DNA of 64,000 nucleotides from Eledone cirrhosa (Eukaryota), in assembly GCA_964016885.1 (NCBI GenBank), contig CAXHJY010001552.1:1-64000 (forward strand), given 5' to 3'. This document shows, in pieces, positions 41,000 through 54,472 of the stretch; position 1 is the first letter of the stretch; every line of letters begins with the position of its first letter. The notes under the pieces are model-generated. The model was not told the DNA's origin, did no database searches, and saw only the letters and a list, made by a program, of their open reading frames with translations. Position numbers and translations under genes: made by a program.

Positions 41000-42685
41000 G
41001 ATTGGTTACTAAGATTGGTTACTATTGTTTACTACGATAGGTTACTAAGATTGGTTACTATTGGTTACTAAGATAGGTTACTAAGATTGGTTACTAAGAT
41101 AGGTTAGTAAGATTGGTTACTAAGATTGGTTACTATTGGTTACTAAGATAGGTTACTAAGATAGGTTACTAAGATAGGTTAGTAAGATAGGTTACTAAGA
41201 TAGGTTAGTAAGATAGGTTACTAAGATAGGTTAGTAATATTGGTTACTAAGATTGGTTACTAAGATTGGTTACTAAGATAGGTTACTAAGGTTGGTGAGT
41301 AAGATACGTTACTAAGATTGGTTACTAAGATAGGTTACTAAGATAGTTTACTAAGATAAGTTACTAAGATAGGTTACTAAGATAGGTTACTAAGATATGT
41401 TACTAAGATATGTTACTAAGATAGGTTACTAAGATAGGTTACTAAGATAGGTTACTAAGATAGGTTACTAAGATAGGTTACTAAGATAGGCTAGTAAGAT
41501 AGGCTAGTAAGATAGGCTAGTAAGATAGGTTACTAAGATTGGTTACTAAGATTGGTTACTAAGATAGGTTACTAAGATAGGCTAGTAAGATAGGTTACTA
41601 AGATAGGTTACTAAGATTGGTTACTAAGATTGGTTACTAAGATAGTTTACTAAGATAGGTTACTAAGATAAGTTACTAAGATAGGTTACTAAGATAGGTT
41701 ACTAAGATAGGTTACTAAGATAGGTTACTAAGATAGGTTACTAAGATAGGTTACTAAGATAGGTTACTAAGATAGGTTACTAAGATAGGTTACTAAGATA
41801 GGTTACTAAGATAGGTTACTAAGATTGGTTACTAAGATTGGTTACTAAGATAGGTTACTAAGATTGGTTACTAAGATACGTTACTAAGATTGGTTACTAA
41901 GATAGGTTACTAAGATAGTTTACTAAGATAAGTTACTAAGATAGGTTACTAAGATAGGTTACTAAGATAGGTTACTAAGATAGGTTACTAAGATAGGTTA
42001 CTAAGATAGGTTACTAAGATAGTTTACTAAGATTGGTTACTAAGATACGTTACTAAGATTGGTTACTAAGATAGGATACTAAGATAGTTTACTAAGATAA
42101 GTTACTAAGATAGGTTACTAAGATAGGTTACTAAGATAGGTTACTAAGATTGGTTACTAAGATACGTTACTAAGATTGGTTACTAAGATTGGTTACTAAG
42201 ATAGGTTACTAAGATAGTTTACTAAAATAAGTTACTAAGATAGGTTACTAAGATTGGTTACTAAGATAGGCTAGTAAGATAGGTTACTAAGATTGGTTAC
42301 TAAGATAGGCTAGTAAGATAGGTTACTAAGATTGGTTACTAAGATAGGTTACTAAGATAGGTTAGTAAGATAGGTTAGTAAGATAGATTACTAAGATAGG
42401 TTACTAAGATAGGTTAGTAAGATAGGTTACTAAGATAGGTTAGTAAGATAGGTTAGTAAGATAGATTACTAAGATAGGTTACTAAGATAGGTTAGTAAGA
42501 TTGGTTACTAAGATAGGTTACTAAGTTAGGTTAGTAAGATAGGTTAGTAAGATAGATTACTAAGATAGGTTACTAAGATAGGTTACTAAGACAGGTTACT
42601 AAGATTGGTTACTAAGATAGGTTACTAAGATAGGTGACTAGGATAGGTGACTAAGATAGTTTACTAAGATTGGTTAATAAGAAAT
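41000..42685. repeat. 13-bp minisatellite (ctaagataggtta), ~130 copies
   Basis: Directly visible. Confidence 0.97.
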
Positions 42686-42807
42686 GTTACTAAGCAGCCG
42701 AATTATACTAGAAATTAGTATCTGTTTGAGCGAAATATGAAGACGTGTAACATAGTAGTTAGAATGTTGGTCTCACAATTATAGGTCGATTACCGCACCG
42801 AGGCGTT

Positions 42808-43333
42808 GTATCCTTAAGCAAGACACTTTATTTCACGTTGCTCCAGTCCACTGTGTCCTTGAACAAGACACTTTATTTCACGTTGCTCCAGTCCACTGTG
42901 TCCTTGAACAAGACACTTTATTTCACGTTACTCCAGTCCAGTGTGTCCTTAAGCAAGACACTTTATTTCCCGTTGCTCCAGTCCACTGTGTCCTTGAGCA
43001 AGACACTTTATTTCACGTTACTCCAGTCCACTGTGTCCTTGAACAAGACACTTTATTTCACGTTGCTCCAGTCCACTGTGTCCTTGAGCAAGACACTTTA
43101 TTTCACGTTACTCCAGTCCACTGTGTCCTTGAGCAAGACACTTTATTTCACGTTGTTCCAGTCCACTGTGTCCTTGAGCAAGACACTTTATTTCACGTTA
43201 CTCCAGTCCACTGTGTCCTTGAGCAAGACACTTTATTTCACGTTGTTCCAGTCCACTGTGTCCTTGAGCAAGACACTTTATTTCACGTTGCTCCAGTCCA
43301 CTGTGTCCTTGAGCAAGACACTTTTTTTTCACG
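42808..43333. repeat. 45-bp minisatellite derived from a SINE body, ~11.5 copies
   Basis: Unit gtgtccttgagcaagacactttatttcacgttgctccagtccact matches the reverse complement of the SINE at ~46955-46992. Confidence 0.95.
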
Positions 43334-43613
43334 TATGTGAGAGAGTCACAGGACTGCCATATTGATATACAGCGTTTCTTTGACACCTTTTACACCTTCT
43401 TGAACCCATATCTCCTCTCCAGGCCTGAATACAGCAGATTAGAAGGATAGAAAGAGAAAGAAAGGAAATGTGAAAGAGATATAGTGGATGAATCGCCCCA
43501 GTAGTTGACTGGTACTTTTTTATCGACCTCTAATGGAAATGTTAACCTAGAAGGCCAAGTTAATCTAGCGTGATTTGAACTCAGAGAGCAGAGCGCTGAA
43601 ACGAATACCACAA

Positions 43614-44045
43614 CCCATTCTATCTGATGTTCTAACGACTACCATTCTATCTGATGTTCTAACGACTACCATTCTATCTGATGTTCTAACGACTACCATT
43701 CTATCTGATGTTCTAACGACTACCATTCTATCCGATGTTCTAACGACTACCATTCTATCTGATGTTCTAACGACTACCATTCTATCTGATGTTCTAACGA
43801 CTACCATTCTATCTGATGTTCTAACGACTACCATTCTATCTCATGTTCTAACGACTACCATTCTATCTCGTGTTCTAACGACTACCATTCTATCTGATGT
43901 TCTAACGACTACCATTCTATCTGATGTTCTAACGACTACCATTCTATCTGATGTTCTAACGACTACCATTCTATCTGATGTTCTAACGACTACCATTCTA
44001 TCTGATGTTCTAACGACTACCATTCTATCTGATGTTCTAACGACA
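43614..44045. repeat. 27-bp minisatellite inside a minus-strand SINE head, ~16 copies
   Basis: Unit accattctatctgatgttctaacgact, preceded by SINE sequence ctggtactttt..tatcgacc...gatttgaactcag (43490-43610). Confidence 0.93.
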
Positions 44046-44502
44046 ATTCGCCACCTCTCTCTATAAATATTTCTTCACAAATGGTTTCGGAAGTGAGAGC
44101 AAACGCCGCTTGCTACCTCCCACCCTACTCACCTATCCCTCATCCTTGACCCCTTCCGCAATAAAAAAAAAACGAAACAAACAACCTCCCACGCGATACA
44201 GGGCTGATGGTGGAGGACATCACGAAGGGGTGGGGGTGGGGGTTTAATTATCGTTTTCAAATAATCGTGTGACAATTGTTGTTGTTTGGGGGTTGTCGTT
44301 GTTTTTGTTGTTGCTGTTGTTGTTGTAACTTCTGTAGTCCCAGCTACTAACAACAACAGCAACAACAACAACACAGTAAAAGGATACGCCATGTTGCCCC
44401 TAGTGATAGTTGCTACTGTGTCATTGACTCGGCCAAACAACCGGAAACTATTCCAACCACTTCCTCTGACATCTTTCCCAGAAAGGCCAGCAAATATATA
44501 AT

Positions 44503-44870
44503 AATTGTTTCTACTTTTGGCACAAGGCCAGCAATTACTCAGTACATTACTGGTACTTTATTTTATCGACCCCGTAAGGATGAAAGGCAAAGTCAACCTC
44601 GGCGGGATTTGAACTCAGATCGTAAAGGGACGTAACTATGCTGGAAAATATAATAATAATTGTTTCTACTTTAGACACAAGGCCAGCAATTTGGAAGGCG
44701 GTCCCATTAAATCGAACCCAGTGCATTACTGGTATTTTATTTTATCGATACCATAACGATGAAAGGCAGAGCTAACCTCGGTGAGATTTGAACTTAGATA
44801 ATAAAGGGCCGTAACTCTATGCTGCAAAGCATGGCGTCCGAACCTCTACCGATACTGTCAAGATACCAAA
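44503..44870 (-). mobile_element. Two tandem tRNA-SINE copies (second SINE family)
   Basis: ggcacaaggccagcaatt...ctggtactttattttatcgaccccg.aaggatgaaaggcaaagtcaacctcggcgggatttgaactcag occurs twice. Same family at 40850, 48965, 49202 and 59731. Confidence 0.85.
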
Positions 44871-44929
44871 CTAATGGTAATAATTGTTTCATATATTTAC
44901 AGGAGCGAAAGATGAGCGGGAGAATAGAA

Positions 44930-45488
44930 GGGCAGGTTGTATAGTGGGGCAAGTATGGGTTATATAGTGGGACAAGTATGGGTTATATAGTGGGACAAGG
45001 GTAGGTTGTATAGTGGGACAAGTGTGGGTTATATAGTGGGACAAGTATGGGTTGTATAGTGGGACAAGTGTGGGTTATATAGTGGGACAAGGGTAGGTTG
45101 TATAGTGGGACAATTGTGGGTTGTATAGTGGGATAATCGTGGGTTATATAGTGGGACAAGTGTGGGTTATATAGTGGGACAAGGGTAGGTTGTATAGTGG
45201 GACAAGTGTGGGTTGTATAGTGGGACAAGTGTGGGGTATATAGGGGGACAAGTGTGGGGTATATAGTGGGAGAGTAGAAGGGCAGGTTATATAGTGGGGC
45301 AAGTGTAGGTTATATAGTGGGACAAGGGTTATATAGTGGGACAAGGGTGTATAGTGGGACAAGGGTTATATAGTGGGACAAGGTTATATAGTGGGACAAG
45401 GTTATATAGTGGGACAAGGTTATATAGTGGGACAAGGGTTATATAGTGGGACAAGGGTTATATAGTGGGACAAGGGTGTATAGTGGGG
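44930..45488. repeat. 23-bp G-rich minisatellite decaying to 19-20-bp units
   Basis: Unit ggttatatagtgggacaagtgtg. Confidence 0.92.
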
Positions 45489-46130
45489 TGGATTTCCAAC
45501 GATTGGATTAGTCCATTTTGTTGTTGTTTTTACACCAGACACCATAGAAAATATGTAGGATAAAGTAGGGAGTGAAATTGGTAATGAAGTAAATGTAATA
45601 TATTAGTGACGTCAGTAATAGGTCGGTGACGTCGGTAGTACATTACTGACGTCACGAAAGAATTATAAACGGCTCCAAATCATGACAGGAAACATCTCAA
45701 CCCCTCCACTAAGCCGACACCTCCCTTGGAAGGGTGTGGTTGTTACTTTGTTTCAGATGTCTTACATGAACCCTTTTGGGGGTAACTCTCCTCTCAAGGA
45801 AACGAGAACAATTTTCAACCAATTTAATTCCATAAAGGGTGTGAATGCTCGTGGCTTAGAGGTCTAGGGGTTAGGATGTTGGTCTTACGATTTCAAAGGG
45901 TGTGTTCGAATCTTTGACTGGACAGCACGCTGTGTTCTGGGAAGAAAAGATATTTTATTTCGATGTTGTTTCTTCTGCCAAGAGTTATAACAGGAAGTTA
46001 ATAACAGCAATGGAAGACCTTGTTTCCTCGGTCCACTACTAAGTTGCGAGACACACAGACACAGGCGTAAAAACTTACACACAAATATATACCGATAATT
46101 TCATAGTTTAACTTCGGTTATACTTATATA

Positions 46131-46178
<48 letters not shown>

Positions 46179-46258
46179 GTTGCGGCTGAAAGAAAAGAGT
46201 ACTCAACACCGAAGTAGAGTTTTGATATTCATTGTATTAAGGCTAAATAGTGAGTGTC

Positions 46259-46317
46259 GTTACTCCCGGAGTTTCGCCTGTTTGTCACAGGCTCACCAGG
46301 CGAAACTCCAGAGTAAC
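46259..46317 (-). ncRNA. HHR with fold-back inverted duplication
   Basis: Minus: CTGGTGA-gcctgt.gacaa.acaggc-GAAA-ctc.cgg.gag-TA-acgac. The plus strand carries the mirror half caggc-GAAA-ctc.ca.gag-TA-ac. Confidence 0.7.
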
Positions 46318-46344
46318 AAGACTATTTGACCTCAATAAAATGGC

Positions 46345-46378
<34 letters not shown>

Positions 46379-46384
46379 GTTGTG

Positions 46385-46481
<97 letters not shown>

Positions 46482-46846
46482 GTGTATAAACACACGTAGC
46501 GTATTATGATGGTTTCTCAGCAACGACGTTGACGTAAGCGATATGATCTAGTGTTAAATGACAACGAGGTTGCAATCCTCACAGTATTTAAAAGACAGGG
46601 TGTGGTCCTCTACCTTGATTCGTTGATGTCAATGTTCTCCCTTTGGCACTCTTTTACAGAAAAAAAATATAGATAAAAAATCGTTAAGGCGTGGCAATTT
46701 GTTTAATATTGTTAGGTTGTTTGCAGTTTTCACGGACACAATCTCTAGCTTCCCACATTGACTATGACTTGCAAATAATTTTGAAAATATAGAATTTTAG
46801 GGGATTTTGTAAAATAACTAACTTTCTAGTTATTAAGCTGATATTT

Positions 46847-47076
46847 TTTTTTTTTTTTTAACGATCGACTTTCGTCAAATCGGACCGAAGAAACAAGGTT
46901 TCCGCTGGTCTTTCCAGTTGTTAGTATTATCTATCGGTCGCAACTCCAGGTAGAAGGAGCAACGTGAAATAAAGTGTCTTGCTCAAGGACATAACGCATC
47001 GCCCGGTCCAGGAATCGAACTCACAACCTCAAGATTGTGAATCCAATTCTCTAACCACTCAGCCACACGTCTTCAC
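46847..47076 (-). mobile_element. Full-length tRNA-SINE with poly(A) tail and target-site duplication
   Basis: Poly-T run at ~46844-46859; TSD taa(g/a)ctgatattt at 46834-46846 and 47077-47089; A/B boxes on the minus strand. Confidence 0.88.
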
Positions 47077-47104
47077 TAAACTGATATTTAGAACATAAAT
47101 AAAA

Positions 47105-47739
47105 CCTCCATTACCATATTTCTAATGAAAGACACTGTCTATGTCATTAAACCTTTCATTACCATATTTCTAGTGAAAGACACTGTCTATGTCATTAACT
47201 CTTCCATTACCATATTTCTAATGAAAGACACTGTCTATGTCATTAAACCTTTCATTACCATATTTCTAATGAAAGACACTGTCTATGTCATTAACCCTTT
47301 CATTACCATATTTCTAATGAAAGACACTGTCTATGTCATTAACCCTTTCATTACCATATTTCTAATGAAAGACACTGTCTATGTCATTAACTCTTCCATT
47401 ACCATATTTCTAGTGAAAGACACTGTCTATGTCATTAACCCTTTCATTACCATATTTCTAATGAAAGACACTGTCTATGTCATTAACCCTTTCATTACCA
47501 TATTTCTAATGAAAGACACTGTCTATGTCATTAACTCTTCCATTACCATATTTCTAGTGAAAGACACTGTCTATGTTATTAAACATTTCATTACTATATT
47601 TCTAATAAAAGACACTGTCTACGTCATTAACCCTTTCATTACCATATTTCTAATGAAAGACACTGTCTATGTCATTAACCCTTTCATTACCATATTTCTA
47701 ATGAAAGACACTGTCTATGTCTTTAACACTTTCATTACC
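47105..47739. repeat. 48-bp minisatellite, ~13 copies
   Basis: Unit cattaccatatttctaatgaaagacactgtctatgtcattaacccttt. Confidence 0.95.
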
Positions 47740-47956
47740 TTCTATACTATAATAAAGGGAGGAGTGCGGGACAGCGCCCGTTTTATATTTGTTAATCCCT
47801 TTGAATAAATAATTAATGAATATTATATAATTTATCTACTAAATTTCGTAACTCATGATTTAACATAAATAATTTCATTGCTTATTTTAAGATTCACTTC
47901 GTTTAAAAGCTTCTAATTTCATTACTTCCAGTATATCACCTCCACTACCACCACCA

Positions 47957-47986
<30 letters not shown>

Positions 47987-47992
<6 letters not shown>

Positions 47993-48215
47993 ATACTTGG
48001 GGAGGGTCATATTGTTGTAATAATATTGCCAGAAATAATAGCAGAATACACTCACTGTTTGGTTGGTTTTCGCTTCTGTATCTTTTATATCTCCATAGTT
48101 AATTTATTTGTCAATCAATCATTCATTGACCAACGGTTACAAATACAGATATATATATATATAGTCTATCAAAGTTCTTTCGTTGCACATCTGCAACATC
48201 ATCAGTGGTACTATT
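47987..48215 (-). mobile_element. PLE pLTR-like module (family of 21230-21607) with HHR core
   Basis: Reverse-complement match; ca-CTGATGA-tgttgca.ga.tgtgcaac-GAAA-gaacTTtga. Confidence 0.72.
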
Positions 48216-49201
48216 ATATATAGATATTTATATATATATATATATATAATAAAATGGGGAGAAAAATACTGCTGGTAGCACATGGATAACATGTAATAAA
48301 ATAAGTCCCTCATCAGTGATTTGCCGACGATCATAGATATTTCATTGCATTAAAAATCATATACCTCACGTCGGTGCAATAATAACTAAATTAAGTTATT
48401 AGGACAATTAAAACGCGTAAAGCGAGTGAGACAAGAAAACAACAAAGAGTAGAGCTAACCGTAGAAGGAAGGAGACAAGCTTCATAGTTATTCTGTTAGC
48501 ATAAGCTAGGTGAATATATGAGCGCTTAGAAAAAAGACCTTTCACGAACGAATGCAATGTGAGAAAAGAGAGAAATTGCTTTCTTCGCGAACGGGATGAA
48601 GTGAGGAGAGGAGAAACAGTGAGTGTGTGAGTGGAAGTGTGAGGAAGAGTTAACTGACATGACAGAGGAGGCGAAAGAAAGTAGGAGAAACAGAGAGAAT
48701 GGGGGAGCAGTAAGAGAGAGAGAGAGAGAGAAAAACAGAATCGCAGTTTGGGTAAATATATGTAATAAAATGGGGAATATATGTATATATATAGAGAGAG
48801 AGTGAGATATATATATAGAGAGAGAGTGTCTGAAGAGAGAGATACAGAGGAAGGGACCATATGATATATATATATAAAATTCAAGAATTCAAGGATAAGA
48901 AATGTTCTAGACATACGTATCTTCCTATGCGCGTTTGTTACAGCAGTTATTGATCCCAATGGACGTTCTTCCGCCGAGGCTAAACCTTGCCTTTCATCCT
49001 TACGGGGTCGATAAAATAAAGTACCAGTCATGAGCTCGGGTCGATCTAATCGACTTTCACCTCCTCCAAAATTGCTGGCCTTGTGCCTAAATAAGAAAAC
49101 ATTCTTAAATTTAACATTAGTAGCCCTGACTATACGGCGTAAACAATGGCCACTCTTTAGCACTTTGGTTAACCTTTTGTCAGACAATATGATTAATAAT
49201 T

Positions 49202-49383
49202 GTTTCTACTATTGGCACAAGGCCAGAAATTACCCAGTACATTACTGGTACTTTATTTTATCGACCCCGTAAGGATGAAAGGCAAAGTTAACCTCGGCGG
49301 GATTTGAACTCAGAATAGCAAGGGCCGTAACTCTATGCATCAAAGCATGGCGTCCGACCCTCTACCGATACTGCCAATCCACC
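49202..49383 (-). mobile_element. tRNA-SINE with 19-bp TSD
   Basis: gacaatatgattaataatt duplicated at 49183-49201 and 49384-49402. Confidence 0.88.
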
Positions 49384-49520
49384 GACAATATGATTAATAA
49401 TTTTACATATTAATAAACATTTTAATATATATATATATCAACTTTTATATCAACTTTTTAAATGGAAGTTGAAGTTGTAAGGTATGTCAAATCTATCTAT
49501 TTATAAGACTGTTTATATTG

Positions 49521-49588
49521 TATTTTGTCTGAAGAAGGCATACCATATTTTTAATATGATATCCCTGAAATATATATATAATGAAATA
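49521..49588 (+). ncRNA. Type I HHR (family of 9461)
   Basis: tattttgt-CTGAAGA-aggcataccatatt.ttt.aatatgatatccct-GAAA-(ta)n-TA-atgaaata. Confidence 0.72.
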
Positions 49589-49719
49589 AATATGGTTTTA
49601 TAAATATAGTTTCCATTTATTTAATATCGTATATATATATATATAGAGAGAGAGAGAAAGAGAGAGATTTACTACACACACACACACGCACACATATATA
49701 TATATATATAAATATATCT

Positions 49720-49880
49720 ATAGGAAAAAGTATGACCCCGTCGGCAGAGCTCAAGCCGTCGAAACGGCTTGAGCTCTGCCGTCGGGGTCATACTTTTTCC
49801 TATTTCCCACTCTACTATCCTAAGTATTGAGTACTCTGGTGCGTCATGGTCTATTTGGTTCCTTACCACAATTCCTTTGT

Positions 49881-49932
<52 letters not shown>

Positions 49933-50128
49933 AACCAGTAAGACCCCGACAGCTGAGCTCAAGCCGTTTCGACGGCTAATTCTGGACTCAGTCCAGAATT
50001 AGCCGTCGAAACGGCTTGAGCTCAGCTGTCGGGGTCTTACTGGTTCCTATTACCCACTCTACTACCCCAAGTATTGAGTACTTTGGTGCGTTATGGTCCA
50101 CCTGGTTCCTTACCACATTTCCTTCGTT
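49720..50128 (+). mobile_element. Two family A palindromic modules separated by (TA)n (49720-49882 with collapsed centre; 49929-50128)
   Basis: Matches to 13727-13920; second copy centre aattctggact-c-agtccagaatt. Confidence 0.88.
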
Positions 50129-50357
50129 ATATATATATATATATATATAAATTTATAAATATATAAATATATATACAATATATTAATAAATGGAAACTAT
50201 ATTTATAAAACCATAATTATTTTATTTTATATATTTCAAGGGCAACCAAGGCAATTTTGGTGCGCTTTCATCAGATAAAATACAAAATATGTTTCATAAA
50301 TGTTGACATACCCGTAGAAAAACAACCTTGACAATTGAGGGTTCGCTGGATAACTTC

Positions 50358-50421
<64 letters not shown>

Positions 50422-50533
50422 GGAGGTGAGTTTTATTGTAGTACAATAAAGCAATAAATATGTTGATTTAAAATATGTTCATTTAAAACTGTACTATTCA
50501 CCAGTGTGTTTTAACCTTCATATCATGTCTCCC

Positions 50534-50604
50534 TATTTTATCTGACGAATACACAAATGTTATTGTATGATGATATTTGTTTTTGAAATGCGCATAATAA
50601 AATA
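50534..50604 (+). ncRNA. Type I HHR, family C (also in both arms of 55517-55867)
   Basis: tattttat-CTGACGA-atacacaaatgttatt..gatgatatttgttttt-GAAA-tgcgca-TA-ataaaata, with a palindromic stem III. Confidence 0.8.
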
Positions 50605-50634
50605 CATGGAACTAATTTAACCATCTTTTGATCT

Positions 50635-50672
<38 letters not shown>

Positions 50673-50673
50673 A

Positions 50674-50713
<40 letters not shown>

Positions 50714-51112
50714 ACATACTAGTGCCTGGCATACTTCCTCGATAATCCACCGTATAGAATCTAAACTAACGAACTTTCAGATTCCATCCACCTTACACGT
50801 GCACAGAAAATTGACATATTTTTAAAATTATCTTAAAATAATTACAATAAATATATAAAATGTGAAAGTATTTAATTGTATAATGGTGTTGACATCGCTA
50901 TTTAGTTAGACTGTTTTCAGCAGTATATGCTAAAAGCTCCGTTTAAATTCTACAGCCAGCTTAATGCACGCCGCTATAATTTGCTCCTCTGACATTTTGA
51001 AAATTTAAGAAAATATATTATCATTAAAGTATTTTAGTGTCTAACGTGAGAGACAAAGTCTTTAATCCTGGAAGTTCAATGTCCTGCTTGGCTTCTTAAC
51101 CGGTGTCTCTTA

Positions 51113-52415
51113 TACGGATCTCTGTGTTCCGGTTTTGATTCTCACCCGAGATAAACCTCACCTTTATTACGGATCTCTGTGTTCCGGTTTTGATTCTCAC
51201 CCGAGGTAAACCTCACCTTTATTAGGGATCTCTGTGTTGCGGTTTTGAATCTCACCCGAGATAAACATCACCTTTATTAGGGATCTCTGTGTTCCGGTTT
51301 TGAATCTCACCCGAGGTAAACATCACCTTTATTAGGGATCTCTGTGTTGTGGTTTTGATTCTCACCCGAGATAAACCTCACCTTTATTAGGGATCTCTGT
51401 GTTGTGGTTTTGATTCTCACCCGAGATAAACCTCACCTTTATTAGGGATCTCTGTGTTCCGGTTTTGATTCTCACCCGAGGTAAACCTCACCTTTATTAG
51501 GGATCTCTGTGTTGCGGTTTTGAATCTCACCCGAGGTAAACCTCACCTTTATTAGGGATCTCTGTGTTCCGGTTTTGAATCTCACCCGAGGTAAACATCA
51601 CCTTTATTAGGGATCTCTGTGTTGTGGTTTTGATTCTCACCCGAGATAAACATCACCTTTATTAGGGATCTCTGTGTTCCGGTTTTGAATCTCACCCGAG
51701 GTAAACATCACCTTTATTAGGGATCTCTGTGTTGTGGTTTTGATTCTCACCCGAGATAAACCTCACCTTTATTAGGGATCTCTGTGTTGTGGTTTTGATT
51801 CTCACCCGAGATAAACCTCACCTTTATTAGGGATCTCTGTGTTGTGGTTTTGATTCTCACCCGAGATAAACCTCACCTTTATTAGGGATCTCTGTGTTGC
51901 GGTTTTGAATCTCACCCGAGATAAACATCACCCTTATTAGGGATCTCTGTGTTGCGGTTTTGATTCACACCCGAGGTAAACCTCACCTTTATTAGGGATC
52001 TCTGTGTTGTGGTTTTGAATCTCACCCGAGATAAACCTCACCTTTATTAGGGATCTCTGTGTTGCGGTTTTGAATCTCACCCGAGATAAACATCACCTTT
52101 ATTAGGGATCTCTGTGTTGCGATTTTGAATCTCACCCGAGATAAACATCACCTTTATTAGGGATCTCTGTGTTCCGGTTTTGATTCACAACCGAGGTAAA
52201 CCTCACCTTTATTAGGGATCTCTGTGTTCCGGTTTTGAATCTCACCCGAGGTAAACATCACCTTTATTAGGGATCTCTGTGTTGCGATTTTGAATCTCAC
52301 CCGAGGTAAACATCACCTTTATTAGGGATCTCTGTGTTGTGGTTTTGATTCTCACCCGAGATAAACCTCACCCTTATTAGGGATCTCTGTGTTGCGGTTT
52401 TGAATCTCACCCGAG
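51113..52415. repeat. 55-bp minisatellite, ~24 copies
   Basis: Unit ccgagataaacctcacctttattagggatctctgtgttccggttttgattctcac. Confidence 0.96.
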
Positions 52416-52416
52416 T

Positions 52417-52499
<83 letters not shown>

Positions 52500-52546
52500 G
52501 TATATATATATATGTATATATATATATGTATATATATATATGTATA

Positions 52547-52627
<81 letters not shown>

Positions 52628-52640
52628 GTATATATATGTA

Positions 52641-53090
<450 letters not shown>

Positions 53091-53103
53091 TATATATATA
53101 TAT

Positions 53104-53146
<43 letters not shown>

Positions 53147-53187
53147 TATATATATATATATATACATACACACACATATATATATAT

Positions 53188-53260
<73 letters not shown>

Positions 53261-53301
53261 TTTATATACATATATACATATATATCTATATATATATATA
53301 T

Positions 53302-53395
<94 letters not shown>

Positions 53396-53440
53396 ATTAT
53401 GAAATACTGTTAGCTTCTCGTTACAACAATTTCTATACTT

Positions 53441-53487
<47 letters not shown>

Positions 53488-53519
53488 ATAATGGAGCTGC
53501 GGCGTTTCAAATGGGTTAC

Positions 53520-54010
53520 ATATGAAAAAAGTTTGTCCTTCATCAGTGATCTTCTAACCATCATAGGCATTTCATCGCTTTAAAGACCATATACCCCCGG
53601 TTGGTGCGAACAACGACTAAAAAAAGTCGTTGGGACACGTAAATAAAGAGGGCGCGAGGGTAAACAAACAAAATGGTTAAGCAACAGAAAGTGAGGAAGG
53701 AAAAGACAAGTCCCAGATTTCTATGAATTTAAGTTCGGTGAAATCGTGAACGAGAGAATAAAGACCATCAAACCTGGTTGAAATGTGAGCAAGGAAGGAA
53801 TTTCGCACAGGTCTAACGGGAGGAAGAAGAGGTCTAGTCTGCGAATTCGGTAAACATAAGTTCTGTGAAATCGCAGACGAGAGAGAAAAAATTCATACCA
53901 GCTTGGCCAGCGTGCGGGAGAAAAAGAATTACACACAGGTCAAACGGGAAGAAAGGGGAGGAGAGGTAGTGACAGAGAAAGAGTGAGTGAAGGGTGAGGA
54001 AGAGGCTAAC
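53520..54010 (-). mobile_element. Family B dispersed repeat (longer copy)
   Basis: Reverse complement of 13936-14235 plus an additional 5' extension. Confidence 0.78.
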
Positions 54011-54169
54011 ATATATATATATATATATATATAAAATAAAATAAACATTTGACTTATTTATTTTATTTTATTTTACATTACTCCGGAGTAACCAAACCAA
54101 CCTGCGCACATCGTCGAGTGCTCCAATCTGCATACTAAGGTCTTGGTATACAACCAACATATACTCAAA

Positions 54170-54210
<41 letters not shown>

Positions 54211-54428
54211 ATATGTATAATAAAGCGAAAACAATGCAGGTATGGACATAGAATATAGAATGCAAATGCAAAAGATATTGTTGACAATTAATCTTTTACC
54301 TTAGATTTATTTAAATGTCCTTAATTTTCGAGATAATATCTCTTCTTCGGAGGGAAGTAAAGCGGTTAAACCAGTGTTCTAAATAGCTTGCCAAGTCATG
54401 CTGATAGGAAATATATACACACACACAC

Positions 54429-54471
<43 letters not shown>

Positions 54472-54472
<1 letters not shown>

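Noticed and set aside
47741-47935. Helitron-like 5' start (TCtatactataataaagg); also actagt at ~50718
   Set aside because: No matching opposite terminus could be identified, so not annotated.
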